Origin: an uncultured delta proteobacterium
GTDB lineage: Bacteria > Myxococcota > Kuafuiibacteriia > Kuafuiibacteriales > Kuafuiibacteriaceae
Direction: 5' to 3'
DNA: 64,000 nucleotides
Assembly (NCBI GenBank): GCA_963803435.1
Contig: CAWDML010000008.1
Location: 320,001-384,000, forward strand
Shown one piece after another: positions 9,275 through 19,032 of the stretch. Every line of letters begins with the position of its first letter. Positions within the stretch are counted from its first letter, which is position 1. Made by a program: the position numbers and the translations under genes. The notes beneath the pieces were generated by a model that saw nothing but the letters and a program-made list of their open reading frames with translations, made no database searches and was not told the origin of the DNA.

Positions 9275-10321
9275 ATGGCGAGGGCGGTGTTTCCGCTCCT
9301 CCTCTCGGCCGCCTGCTCCCGCGGGGACGTGGTTCCGGTCCGACCCGACGGCGGCGCGATCGTTCCGCTGGTCTGCGCTCCCCCGCAATCGATCTGCGAG
9401 TCGCAGTGCGTGGACACCGCCTCCGATCCCCTGCACTGCGGCGGCTGCAACCAGCCTTGCGGCGGTGGCACCGAGTGCGTGAACGGTGCCTGCGTCTGCC
9501 CGGCCAGCACCACGCTCTGCAACGGGGTCTGTGTCGACCTGATGTCGGACGCCGGCAACTGCATGCGGTGCGGCAACACCTGTCTCGACGGTCGCATCTG
9601 CGACTTCGGGCTGTGCATCTGTCCTCCGAGCTTCAGCGAGTGCAGCGGACGCTGCGTGGATCTGGCGTCGGACCACGACGCGTGCGGCGACTGTGAGACC
9701 TCCTGCTCACCGCTTCAGTCGTGCGTGGAACGGGCCTGCGGCTGCGGTGATCTGTCGGCCTGCCCCGGTGGCACCACCGGGTACTGTAGCCGCGACCTCG
9801 AACGCTACTGCTGTCAGAGCGGCGAGATCTTCTGCGACGTCGACGACACGATCGCGTTCCCCGGCGGCTGCATCCCGGGCGGACTCGACTGTGGAAATCT
9901 CTTCTCCTGCGGGGGTGACTTCGTCTCCTGCGCAGCGGATCGGGAAGCCAATTGCAGCACCACCGGCGTCGCCGCGTGCTGCGCGGCGGACCGGCCGGTC
10001 TTCTGCGACGCGGTGGGCGGTATCGGCTATGACGGTGGCTGCTGGGAGCCGAACGTCGACTGCGCCACGATCTCGGTGTGCGGTCCTGTGATCTTCGCGT
10101 GCTACGCCGGCGGGCGGCCGTTCTGCACCGCCACCGAGAGCTACGTGTGCTGCCAGGCGAACGAGGTCTTCTGCGAAGCGAACCCCGGGATTGGCTATGA
10201 CGGGGGTTGCTGGCCCCAGACGATCGACTGCGCCAGCATCACGGACTGCGGTGGCGGCAACTACACCGCCTGTCCCCAGGGGACCGGCAGACCCAACTGT
10301 ACGACCAACGTTTGCGAGTGA
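9275..10321 (+). CDS. Cysteine-rich lipoprotein (MXAN_6577/Stig1-like repeats plus a second repeat type)
   Basis: Lipobox SAAC. Three CVD..SD...C..C...C repeats and three CC....FC...GGC...DC repeats. Confidence 0.75.
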   Translation: MARAVFPLLLSAACSRGDVVPVRPDGGAIVPLVCAPPQSICESQCVDTASDPLHCGGCNQPCGGGTECVNGACVCPASTTLCNGVCVDLMSDAGNCMRCGNTCLDGRICDFGLCICPPSFSECSGRCVDLASDHDACGDCETSCSPLQSCVERACGCGDLSACPGGTTGYCSRDLERYCCQSGEIFCDVDDTIAFPGGCIPGGLDCGNLFSCGGDFVSCAADREANCSTTGVAACCAADRPVFCDAVGGIGYDGGCWEPNVDCATISVCGPVIFACYAGGRPFCTATESYVCCQANEVFCEANPGIGYDGGCWPQTIDCASITDCGGGNYTACPQGTGRPNCTTNVCE

Positions 10322-10357
10322 GACGGTCGGCACCCGCGGGCTCACTGCGCCCGCAAG

Positions 10358-12190
10358 ATGGTGATAGAAGTGATCGGGGGCCATTTCCTGCTTCATCGGG
10401 GCACGTCGGATCTGCTCGACCTCTTCGTCCCGGAGATCCTCCGCCGTCAGGGCGCGGACCGCGTTCGCCAGGCGCGCCTCTCGGTGGTCTTCGCGGCCGT
10501 GTTCGTCCTGGCCAGCCTGATCGGCGCCGTGAGTCACGCGCTCCGCGGCGCACACGTCATCGCGGCCGCGTTTGTCGCCGCTGCTGTCCTCTCGGCCGGC
10601 TCTGTGCTTCTCCTCCGCCGCCTGGGCTCGGTCTCGGTCACCGGCACCCTGCTCACGCTCGCCTGGTTCGGCGCCGGGAACGCCGCAGCCCTCGCACGCG
10701 GCGGGCTGGGAGCGCCCTCTCTCTTGCCCTCGCTGGTCGCCCCGCTCCTGGCGACGCTCCTGGTCGGTGCCCGCGCCGGCGTTCGCTGGGCGCTCTTCTG
10801 TTGCGTGTGGATCGGTGTCCTGTTCGTCGCGAGAGCGGCGGGGGTCGATCTGATCGATGACGTCCCGGCCGCGTCGCGTCCGATCATCCATGCGATCATG
10901 GGTGGAGTGTTCACGCTGGCCATGCTCGGGATCGGCCTGGCGTATGAGCGTCTGAGGACCGCGGCCATGGACGATCTCGAGCGCCAGACCGAGGAGGTGA
11001 TCCGCGCCGAGCGCGACGCGCAGATGATGTTCGCCGACCGCATGTCTGCGATCGGTCGCCTCGCCGCGGGGACCGCACACGAGATCAACAATCCGCTCAC
11101 GTATCTGTTGGCGAACCTGGACCTGATCGGTGAGGCGATGCGCGAAAATCCGAGACACTTCGACGGCGATCTCCGCGCCGCCGTGGACGAGGCGCGGGAC
11201 GGCGCGAGTCGGATCGCAGCGATCGTCGGCGACCTGAAGACGTTCGCGCGGGCCGAAGAAGAGGGGCTGAGCGCGGTCGACTGCCGCTCGGTCCTGGAGT
11301 CCACGGTGCGGATGGTCGCCAACGAGGCCCGTCACCGGGCGCGCCTGATCGAGCGCTACGGGGAGGTGCCCGCCGTCCTCGCCAACGACTCGAGGCTCGC
11401 CCAGGTCTGTCTCAACGTGCTCCTCAACGCCGTGCAGGCGATCCCGGTCGGCAGGGCCGACGAGGACCAGATCACTGTGTCCACCTCCATGTCCGGGGAG
11501 CGGGTCCAGATCGAGATCGCCGATACCGGGGTCGGCATCCCCACCGAGCTGCTCGATCGCGTGATGGATCCGTTCTTCACCACCAAGCCCTCTGGTGCCG
11601 GGACCGGCCTCGGACTCTCGGTGTCCCGGAACATCGTGCAGCGGCTCGGAGGCGAGATAAACATCGCCAGCACGCTCGGCAAAGGGACGGTGGTGACGAT
11701 CCTCCTCGACGCGACCAACGAAGCGCCGCCGCCGTCGCCTCCGCGCCTGCCTCGGCCCCAGATCGCGGCCGACGAGCACGCCCGCATCCTGGTGATCGAC
11801 GACGATCTCCGGGTCGCGAAGACGCTGGCGCGCATGCTTCGCCCACACCGCGTCGAGATCGCCACCGGTGGGCGCCGGGCGCTGGAGATCCTGGCCGACG
11901 ACCCCAACTTCGATCTCGTCGTCTGCGATCTGATGATGCCCGACGTCACCGGGATGCAGATCTACGAGGCGCTCGAGCGCACCGCACCGGACCTGGCGCC
12001 GAGCATGCTCTTCGTCAGCGGCGGCACCTTCAGTCCCGCGGCGCGCGCGTTTGCGGAGCGGATGGGTGACCGGGTGGTGGAGAAGCCGTTCGACGAGCAC
12101 AGGGTCCGCGAGACGGTCGAACGGCGCCTGGAGACTTCTCGGCAGCGCGCGCTTCAGGTTTCACAGAATGATCCGATGGCGTCCGCGTGA
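10358..12190 (+). CDS. Membrane-bound hybrid histidine kinase/response regulator
   Basis: N-terminal TM helices, HEINNPL, N-box NVLLNA, DTGVGI, PFFTTK, GTGLGL, and C-terminal receiver VIDDD...CDLMMP...KPF. Start uncertain. Confidence 0.92.
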   Translation: MVIEVIGGHFLLHRGTSDLLDLFVPEILRRQGADRVRQARLSVVFAAVFVLASLIGAVSHALRGAHVIAAAFVAAAVLSAGSVLLLRRLGSVSVTGTLLTLAWFGAGNAAALARGGLGAPSLLPSLVAPLLATLLVGARAGVRWALFCCVWIGVLFVARAAGVDLIDDVPAASRPIIHAIMGGVFTLAMLGIGLAYERLRTAAMDDLERQTEEVIRAERDAQMMFADRMSAIGRLAAGTAHEINNPLTYLLANLDLIGEAMRENPRHFDGDLRAAVDEARDGASRIAAIVGDLKTFARAEEEGLSAVDCRSVLESTVRMVANEARHRARLIERYGEVPAVLANDSRLAQVCLNVLLNAVQAIPVGRADEDQITVSTSMSGERVQIEIADTGVGIPTELLDRVMDPFFTTKPSGAGTGLGLSVSRNIVQRLGGEINIASTLGKGTVVTILLDATNEAPPPSPPRLPRPQIAADEHARILVIDDDLRVAKTLARMLRPHRVEIATGGRRALEILADDPNFDLVVCDLMMPDVTGMQIYEALERTAPDLAPSMLFVSGGTFSPAARAFAERMGDRVVEKPFDEHRVRETVERRLETSRQRALQVSQNDPMASA

Positions 12191-13722
12191 ACGCGGATCC
12201 ATGGAGAGCGCCGAGGTTCGTGGATGAGCGCGTGGTCGAGGTCGAGCTCGGGGGTCGGGCCGCCCTCCAGGAGCTGTGGTCGGTCGATATCTCGAAGGGT
12301 GGGATGTTCCTCCGGACCGAGGCCCCGCCGCCCCGCGGCCGCCGGCTCGAGGTTCGCCTCTCCACCTCCGGCGGGCCGCTGACGCTCACCGCCGAGGTCG
12401 TCCATGTCGTCGACGTCGCCACCGCCGAGGCCTACGGCCAGTCTCCCGGCGTGGGCGTCCAGTTCATCGATCTCACCCGCGAGCTGAGGGAGCGGATCGA
12501 GCAGTACCTCGAGGGCGTGCTCACCAAGCTCTCCGTGGACCTGGCGCCTGCCGGCTCCGAGCCCCTCGACGTCCTCCTCGGAGAGGCCGAGCGGGTCACG
12601 GCGGCGCTGTCCGCCTCCGACCTCTACGGTGCGATCCAGATGCCGCCCAGCGCCGGTGCCGAGGATCTGCTGGCGCGGATCGAGCGCCTGTCGGCCCGCT
12701 TCCTGAACCCACCCGCAGAGGCTTCGCCGCCCAAGGTCGAGCGGCTCCGGCGGGTGGCCGGACAGCTCGGGCGCACCGCGCTGCTCTTCCGGAGCCCGCG
12801 CCGCCGCCTCCAGTACGATCTCCGGCGCGGCTTCGTGCGAGCCGCTGAGCGCCGGGCTGCCGGTGAGGACTTCGCCCTGCTCCGGACGGTCTGGTGCGAG
12901 CTCTTCCCGGAGCAACCCAGCGCCGCCCGGGATCACCACCGCGAGGCGTGCCGGCTGGAGGGCGCCGGTCGCCGCGCGGAGGCGCTCGATGCCCTCACGA
13001 GCGCGCTCGAGCTCGATCCCTTCAACCTCGACTACTGGGAGCGCCGCGCGCTGTTCGAGCGCCGCCTGCTCGAGACGCCCGCCGAGCCGGCGTTCGCCTG
13101 CGCCGATCTTCCCCAGGTCGCCGACGAGCGTGAGATCCGGTCGGGCGTGAGGGCCGCCGACCGTGTCCCCACCGATCTGATGAAGCTCGCCGTCCAGGTC
13201 GAGTCGCGGCTCGGCTCCACGCCGCACGGCCGCGCCGAGCGCACCTCCACCGGCGACCTGCTCGAGCTGGGTCACAACTGCCCGCCCGCAGAGGCGGCCC
13301 GGATCCGGCACGAGGTCGGGCTCGCTCACCTTCGACGGTCCGACTATCAGAACGCCCGCGTGCTCCTGGCCAGCGCGATCGAGCTCGACCCGCAGCCCGA
13401 CTACCTGATGAGCTCGGCGTGGGCGATGATCGTCGACGCCTCCTTCGATCGCGCCCGCGCCGAGACCGAAGCGCGCCCGCTGGTCCTGGCAGCCATCGCG
13501 GGCTCGAGGAAGGATACGCCCGACGGCCGCCGCCGCATCGCGCGCGGCCACTATTTCCTGGGTCGACTGCTGCGCGATCTGGGGAGCCACGCGAAGGCGG
13601 AGACCGAGCTGGCGCGTGCGGTCGCGTACGATCCAAGGCTGGTGGAGGCGTGCACCGAGCTCCGGTTGATCCGGATGCGGACGCAGCGCAAGCGCGGGTT
13701 GCGGGACCTCTTCAAGCGCTGA
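12187..13722 (+). CDS. PilZ-domain protein with degenerate DnaJ-like segment and TPR repeats
   Basis: RAPR...DISKGGMF...AEVVHV...GVGVQF PilZ pattern; R..YD helix; TPR-like ALELDP and AVAYDP segments. Confidence 0.75.
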   Translation: MNADPWRAPRFVDERVVEVELGGRAALQELWSVDISKGGMFLRTEAPPPRGRRLEVRLSTSGGPLTLTAEVVHVVDVATAEAYGQSPGVGVQFIDLTRELRERIEQYLEGVLTKLSVDLAPAGSEPLDVLLGEAERVTAALSASDLYGAIQMPPSAGAEDLLARIERLSARFLNPPAEASPPKVERLRRVAGQLGRTALLFRSPRRRLQYDLRRGFVRAAERRAAGEDFALLRTVWCELFPEQPSAARDHHREACRLEGAGRRAEALDALTSALELDPFNLDYWERRALFERRLLETPAEPAFACADLPQVADEREIRSGVRAADRVPTDLMKLAVQVESRLGSTPHGRAERTSTGDLLELGHNCPPAEAARIRHEVGLAHLRRSDYQNARVLLASAIELDPQPDYLMSSAWAMIVDASFDRARAETEARPLVLAAIAGSRKDTPDGRRRIARGHYFLGRLLRDLGSHAKAETELARAVAYDPRLVEACTELRLIRMRTQRKRGLRDLFKR

Positions 13723-13728
13723 GCGCGC

Positions 13729-14430
13729 TTACCGCGAGGCGAGCTGGTGGCCGACCGCCACCGTCTCGGCGTCGAAGTCCTCGGATAGCAGCGTCCTCTG
13801 ATCCTCCTCACGGTGCTCGCGCACGGGCTCCGGCACACGATCGATCGCCCGCGCCCGCGCCAGCGAGGCGATATCGGGGCGCACGGGTGCCGGCGCGGCA
13901 GGCTCGCCGAGCGGCATGACCTGAGGCCGGGGGCGGAGCCGCGAGATCTCGTGGGCGATCCGTTGCTGGAGCGGGTCGAGGGCGAGCGCGCGGATGAAGC
14001 AGCGGATCGCGCCCTCGGTGTCCTGCGCGGCCTTGTAGAGCTGCCCGGCCTGCTCCCACTGCTGCGACGCCTCGTGCTTGCGATCGAGCTTCTCGTAGCA
14101 CTGGGCCAGCTCGAAGTGCGCGATCGTCCGGTCGGGTCCGAGGTGGAGGATCCGCTTCAGGACGGCGGCCGCCTTCTGCCAGTCGCTGCGCCTCTTGTAG
14201 ATGTCGACCACGTGCCAGTAGGCCGACAGCGCTCGCTCGGTGTCGCCCGCGCGCAGGTAGCAGTCCGCCAGGCGGAGGATCAGGCGCTCGTTCTCGGGAT
14301 TGGCCTTGCCCTGGCGCGCCAGCGCGACCAGCTCCGCCTGGCGTCGCATCGCGTCCTTGCGATCGTGGAAGAGCACGCGCCCCAAGGCGCGAAGGACTCC
14401 TGTGAAGCGGCCGCTTCCCTTTGACTCCAT
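13729..14430 (-). CDS. Tetratricopeptide repeat protein
   Basis: ATG 14430. LADCY...A...Y, AHFELAQCY and ALALDP TPR units. Confidence 0.75.
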   Translation of the reverse strand: MESKGSGRFTGVLRALGRVLFHDRKDAMRRQAELVALARQGKANPENERLILRLADCYLRAGDTERALSAYWHVVDIYKRRSDWQKAAAVLKRILHLGPDRTIAHFELAQCYEKLDRKHEASQQWEQAGQLYKAAQDTEGAIRCFIRALALDPLQQRIAHEISRLRPRPQVMPLGEPAAPAPVRPDIASLARARAIDRVPEPVREHREEDQRTLLSEDFDAETVAVGHQLASR

Positions 14431-14536
14431 CGGTGACCCCGGTCGCCGACAGGAGCAAGGGTCGGACCAGGCTCCCAGGGTCGCGGATGGAGCGGGTGTC
14501 ACCCCCGCGGGATGAGACACCCTGTTACGCTGTGTC

Positions 14537-16129
14537 TCACCCGGAACGCTTCAGGCTCGCACGAGCGGTATCCGAGCCGCAGCCGAAGCTTCGGGCGAGG
14601 CTCTGCAGGGGCGCGACGGCTCGCGGATCGCCGGAGGCCGCCAGCCTGCGGACCGCGAGCTTGCGGGCGCCGCACTCATCGCTCTGGAGCGTGGCGATCC
14701 ACAGCGGGATCAGGTCCACCTCCTCGCCGGCCTTCTCCAGGACCTCGCCGGCGCGCCGCTTGAGATAGCGGCTGCTGTGCGGGTCGTCGAACGCCGCCCG
14801 TACCTGCGCCATGGAGTCGGGGGCGGTGGCGAGCAGGATCTGCTCGGCGACCGAGGTGTTGGTGTTGGGGCGGGCCAGGTAGGCGACGACGTTCTGGTAG
14901 TCCTCATCCTCGAAGGCCTGCGCCGAAGCGTCGGCCAGCGTCCGATAGTCGTAGAGCGCGCGCGGGACGTCCCTCTGCTGCGCGGCGAGGCGCGCCTCCT
15001 GGCGGAGCGCGAGCTGCGAGGGTTCGACGACCTCCGCGATGGGTGCCGCTGCGATCGGCTGGGCGTCGATCACCTTGGCGTCGTTCGAGGCCATCGCGAC
15101 AGCCGCGACGATCGACAAGCCCAGGACGCCGGCCGCGGCGGCGAGCTGCGTCCGCCTCGGGAGCGCGCGTGCGCGATCGATCAACGGCTGCGCGCGGGCG
15201 GCGATCGTCCGGCCCAGCTCGAGCGCGCGGTCGACGAACGGCTGCGCTCGGTCGAACGCAGGTCGCGTCGTCGAATCGGGATCAGGCTGGTGCAGGCTGC
15301 GCACCCGGCGCAACGCTCCGGCCAGCTCGCCGGCGTCACGACACCCGCGCCGATCGGCCTCGTGTGCGAGGAGCCCATCCACCAGCTCCGCGAACGGTCG
15401 TGCGCTCTCCGGGAGGCCGGCTGCCGCCATCAACGGCGTCGCACCGGTGGAGGCCAGGGAGAGGATCTCGGCCGCCCGGGTGCCCTGATGCGGCACGTGT
15501 CCAGCGATCATGCGATACGCGAGCACGCCCAGCGAATAGAGGTCGGCCCTCGCATCGACTGGGAAGCCCATCAACTGCTCGGGCGCGACCCACTCGATCG
15601 CGCCCACGACCGCGCCGCGCGCCGTGATCAACTGCGTGGTGCCGGCCTCGCTGTAGGGCGCGGTCTCGTACGCGAAGATGAAGTCGGTGATCCGCGGCAT
15701 TCCGTCTGCGCCCACCACGATGTTCCGCGGGTGGAGATCGCGGTGCACCAGCCCGTTGCAGTGGGCGCACGCGGCGGCGTCAGCGAGGGCGATCAGGAGA
15801 TCGTGTGCCGCGTGCCAGTCGATCCGGCCCCGAACCTCGAGGATCGCCTCGAGGGTGTCGCCCTTCGGCGCGTCGGTGACGACGTACGGCCGGCCTTCGT
15901 GCTGTCCGACGTCGATCACCGAGACGATGCCCGGATGATCGAGCTTGGCGAGCAGGCGACCCTCGCGGAGGAAGCGGCGGCAGAGATCCTCGTTCGACGG
16001 ATCCTGCACCATCTTGATCGCGACCGGGCGCTCGAGCGCCGGCTGGCGTCCCGCGTACAGCTCGCGCCCCGCGAAGGTTCCGAGATGCGTCTCGACCGTG
16101 AAGCGGCCGCCGATGGTGGTCCCGAGCAC
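14537..16129 (-). CDS. Ser/Thr protein kinase-family membrane protein with C-terminal HEAT-like repeats (atypical motifs)
   Basis: VAIK, HRDLHPRN, DFI in place of DFG, APEQ, DLYSLG; one TM segment; Gly loop degenerate. Confidence 0.85.
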   Translation of the reverse strand: MLGTTIGGRFTVETHLGTFAGRELYAGRQPALERPVAIKMVQDPSNEDLCRRFLREGRLLAKLDHPGIVSVIDVGQHEGRPYVVTDAPKGDTLEAILEVRGRIDWHAAHDLLIALADAAACAHCNGLVHRDLHPRNIVVGADGMPRITDFIFAYETAPYSEAGTTQLITARGAVVGAIEWVAPEQLMGFPVDARADLYSLGVLAYRMIAGHVPHQGTRAAEILSLASTGATPLMAAAGLPESARPFAELVDGLLAHEADRRGCRDAGELAGALRRVRSLHQPDPDSTTRPAFDRAQPFVDRALELGRTIAARAQPLIDRARALPRRTQLAAAAGVLGLSIVAAVAMASNDAKVIDAQPIAAAPIAEVVEPSQLALRQEARLAAQQRDVPRALYDYRTLADASAQAFEDEDYQNVVAYLARPNTNTSVAEQILLATAPDSMAQVRAAFDDPHSSRYLKRRAGEVLEKAGEEVDLIPLWIATLQSDECGARKLAVRRLAASGDPRAVAPLQSLARSFGCGSDTARASLKRSG

Positions 16130-16220
16130 GGGGTCACCGGGAGCAAGGTCCGATCCAAGAGCAGGAGGCGACGGATCGCCCTGCGCCTCCGGACCGGGCG
16201 GTTCCGCCGGAACCGGACGG

Positions 16221-16802
16221 TTACTCGAAGAAGTAGGACAGGCCGAGGCGGCCGCTGAGGGTGCCGCCGATGCTGAGGATCGTCGGGCCGTCGCCGACGG
16301 CCAGCCCCAGGCCGACCTCGCCGTGAATGGCGACGTTGCTCACGATGAAGAACCGGATCTGGACCAAGCCCTCGGCGTGAAAGAGCGTGGCGTCGCCGGG
16401 ACCCTGGAGCTCGGTGTGACTCACACCGACGCCCGCACCGAGGCCGAGGTCGGAGCGAGAGGTACTATGGACCACCCACAGGAAGCGCGCCGACAGCCCG
16501 AAGCTGGTGGCGGCGTCCTCCACGAACAGGAGCCCCAGCATGCCCTCGATGCGGAACTGTCGCGCGTCGAAGATGAACGTCGCTCCACCGCCGCCGCCCA
16601 GCGGGATGCCGCCGACGGAGGGCGTTCCGGCGAACAGGCCCGACAGCAGCGCCTCGATCCCCAGCCCGAAGCGATTGCCGCCGGAGTCGGACGTGCTCCC
16701 CTTCTCGGCGTTCTCGAGATCCTCGTACTGGGCGAACGCCGGCGTGGGGATGGCGAGAAGGGTGGTCAGTGCAAAGAGGCCGATCCGAGAGCGCGCTTTC
16801 AT
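16221..16802 (-). CDS. Small outer-membrane beta-barrel protein
   Basis: GGAGG RBS, signal peptide ending AFA, about eight Gly/aromatic amphipathic strands, C-terminal LSYFFE. Confidence 0.7.
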   Translation of the reverse strand: MKARSRIGLFALTTLLAIPTPAFAQYEDLENAEKGSTSDSGGNRFGLGIEALLSGLFAGTPSVGGIPLGGGGGATFIFDARQFRIEGMLGLLFVEDAATSFGLSARFLWVVHSTSRSDLGLGAGVGVSHTELQGPGDATLFHAEGLVQIRFFIVSNVAIHGEVGLGLAVGDGPTILSIGGTLSGRLGLSYFFE

Positions 16803-16874
16803 CGATTCCTCCAAAAGATTGCCGAACATAGGGCGCAAGTTGACGTGCCGCAAGAAAGCACCTGTACTGCGCGC

Positions 16875-18230
16875 GTGTCGTCGAGCGACACCCGAACCCT
16901 GTTGCATCCGCACGCCGGGGCGGCGATGCGGGCGATCAAGGAGTTCTCGCTCGAAGCGGTGAGCGGCCCCGACGCGAGCCAGACCTACGGACCTTTCTCG
17001 CGTGCGTCGATCGGATCCGCCCGTAGCAACGACGTCGTGCTCAGCGATCCCACGGTGTCGCGTTTCCACTTCACGCTGGAGCGGGCGCAAGACGGCTTGC
17101 GGCTGATCGACAGTGAGAGCACGAACGGCACCTTCGTGCTGGGACACCGGGTGCGGGACGTCTACGTCGACGAGGGCAGCCGGATCCGCATCGGCGACAG
17201 TGAGCTCCTGGTCCGGGTGGAGGCGCAACCGCGCCTGGTGGAGGTCGACCGGCACGAGGGCTTCGGCGACCTCATCGGAGAGAGCGGTCCGATGCAGGAG
17301 CTCTTCGGGATCCTGGAGCGCCTGGCCAGGGCCGACGCGCCGGTCCTCATCGAAGGGGAGACCGGCACCGGCAAGGAGCTGATCGCGCGGGCCCTCCACT
17401 TCCAGGGCCGGCGTCAGGCGCAGGCGTTCGTGGTGGTCGACTGCGGCGCCGTCGCGCCCACGCTGGTGGAGAGCGAGCTGTTCGGGCACGGAAAGGGCGC
17501 GTTCACCGGCGCCGAGTCGGATCGCACGGGCGCCTTCGAGGCCGCCAGCGGTGGGACGGTCTTCCTCGACGAGCTCGGCGAGCTCCCCTCCTCGCTGCAG
17601 CCCAAGCTCCTGCGGGTGCTCGAGTCCGGGACCATCAAGCGCGTCGGCTCCAACGAGGAGCGCAAGGTCGACGTCCGCGTCATCGCCGCCACGCACCGCG
17701 ATCTCCGCCATATGGTGAACGCCGGCGTGTTCCGCGAGGACCTCTTCTTTCGACTGGCCGTTCTGCCGGTGACCGTCCCTCCGCTTCGCGATCGTCCGAG
17801 CGACGTCCCTGTCTTGGCCCGCCACTTCTTCGAGCGCACCCTCGAAGCGGCCGGGTTCGAGGGCACGCCCCCCCGCCTCTCGGAGGAGTCGCTCTCTGTC
17901 CTGATGCGCCGCAGCTGGCCGGGCAACGTACGCGAGCTCAGGAACGTGGTGGAGCGCGCGGTCATCCTCGCCGACGAGCCGCGGCTTCGGGCCGGCGATC
18001 TCGCCGAGCTGTTCCGGGTACGGACGGCGTCGACGGGTGCGGCGCTCTCCGACGAGCGGCTCCCCCTCGAGGAGCTCAAGCGGCGCTTCGAGCGCGAGTA
18101 CCTGGTCAAGCTGCTGGGCCGCTACCCGAAGGATCGCGCGAGGGCGGCCGAGGAGGCGGACATCCATCCCAAGTCGCTCCAGCGCCTGCTTCGCCGTCAC
18201 GGGCTGCTCGACAAGGACTCGACCGACTGA
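16875..18230 (+). CDS. FHA-domain sigma54-dependent transcriptional activator (enhancer-binding protein)
   Basis: FHA (IGS...VSRFH...STNGT), [37 protein letters not shown]-terminal HTH. Confidence 0.93.
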   Translation: MSSSDTRTLLHPHAGAAMRAIKEFSLEAVSGPDASQTYGPFSRASIGSARSNDVVLSDPTVSRFHFTLERAQDGLRLIDSESTNGTFVLGHRVRDVYVDEGSRIRIGDSELLVRVEAQPRLVEVDRHEGFGDLIGESGPMQELFGILERLARADAPVLIEGETGTGKELIARALHFQGRRQAQAFVVVDCGAVAPTLVESELFGHGKGAFTGAESDRTGAFEAASGGTVFLDELGELPSSLQPKLLRVLESGTIKRVGSNEERKVDVRVIAATHRDLRHMVNAGVFREDLFFRLAVLPVTVPPLRDRPSDVPVLARHFFERTLEAAGFEGTPPRLSEESLSVLMRRSWPGNVRELRNVVERAVILADEPRLRAGDLAELFRVRTASTGAALSDERLPLEELKRRFEREYLVKLLGRYPKDRARAAEEADIHPKSLQRLLRRHGLLDKDSTD

Positions 18231-18233
18231 CCC

Positions 18234-18902
18234 TCAGGTCCCCTCGAAGGTGATGGTGGCGCTCCAGTCGTCGTCCTCGAAGTCGGGGGCGCCGGGCGCA
18301 CAGCCGCCGTAGATCCGGATGTCGTTGCCGCGGATCTCCCTCCCGCCTGTCACGCCCACGTTCACCAGGTTGATGTGGTTGCCCTCGATGTGGAGGTCAC
18401 CGTCGATGATCGCGCCGGCGCAGGTGCCGTCGGCCGGGCCGATCAGCGTGATGTGGTTCCCGCGGATCGTGACATTCCCGTGATACACGCCGGCCGAGAG
18501 CTGGTGGATCATGTGGTTGCCCTCGATCACCAGATCACCGCGGTGATCGGGGAGGTCGTCGACCACCATCATCGGCTCGCGGCGGACCACGCGGATCTCG
18601 AAGTGATCGGCGCCGCCGCCGACCTCGATCTCAATCAGCTCGCCCGGGGCGACGTCGTGGAGCGTGATCTCACCCGTGATGCCCACGCTCTCGAAGGTGA
18701 GGACGAGCTCGCCGGTCGGCAGGTCCTGGATGGAGAAGCCGCCGTCCCGCTCGACCGCGACCGTGTGGATGTTGCCGTTGGCGGCCACCTCGAGCGTGCC
18801 GCCGGCGCTGAGGCCGGAGGTCAGGTGGCCCACCACTACGGGCGAGGGCGCTCCTCCGCAGGCGAAGGCGAGGGCGGCGATCGGAGCCAGGGCGAGGCGC
18901 AT
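18234..18902 (-). CDS. Hypothetical lipoprotein with beta-helix-like I.GN.I repeats
   Basis: Lipobox AFAC; repeated GDL.I.GNH / NVTIRGNH / EIRGND units. Confidence 0.7.
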   Translation of the reverse strand: MRLALAPIAALAFACGGAPSPVVVGHLTSGLSAGGTLEVAANGNIHTVAVERDGGFSIQDLPTGELVLTFESVGITGEITLHDVAPGELIEIEVGGGADHFEIRVVRREPMMVVDDLPDHRGDLVIEGNHMIHQLSAGVYHGNVTIRGNHITLIGPADGTCAGAIIDGDLHIEGNHINLVNVGVTGGREIRGNDIRIYGGCAPGAPDFEDDDWSATITFEGT

Positions 18903-18914
18903 GCGGGTCGAGAG

Positions 18915-18930
18915 AGCAACGCGCGTGCCG
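18915..18930 (-). promoter_or_regulatory. Putative sigma54 (-24/-12) promoter
   Basis: Minus strand CGGCAC-GCGCG-TTGCT has exact GG-N10-GC spacing, ending 12 nt before the ATG at 18902. A sigma54 activator gene is adjacent. Confidence 0.65.
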
Positions 18931-19032
18931 TGCGCGGCCCTGAGGCTTCGGGCGTGCGGGTGAGAGCCGGACGGTTCCGCGGGAGCCGAATGGTTACTGG
19001 AAGCGTAGTCGACGATTCGCTACGGTGACCTG

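Noticed and set aside
16834-16850. Sigma54 promoter for the beta-barrel gene (minus strand CGGCACGTCAACTTGC)
   Set aside because: GG-to-GC spacing is 11 rather than the required 10.
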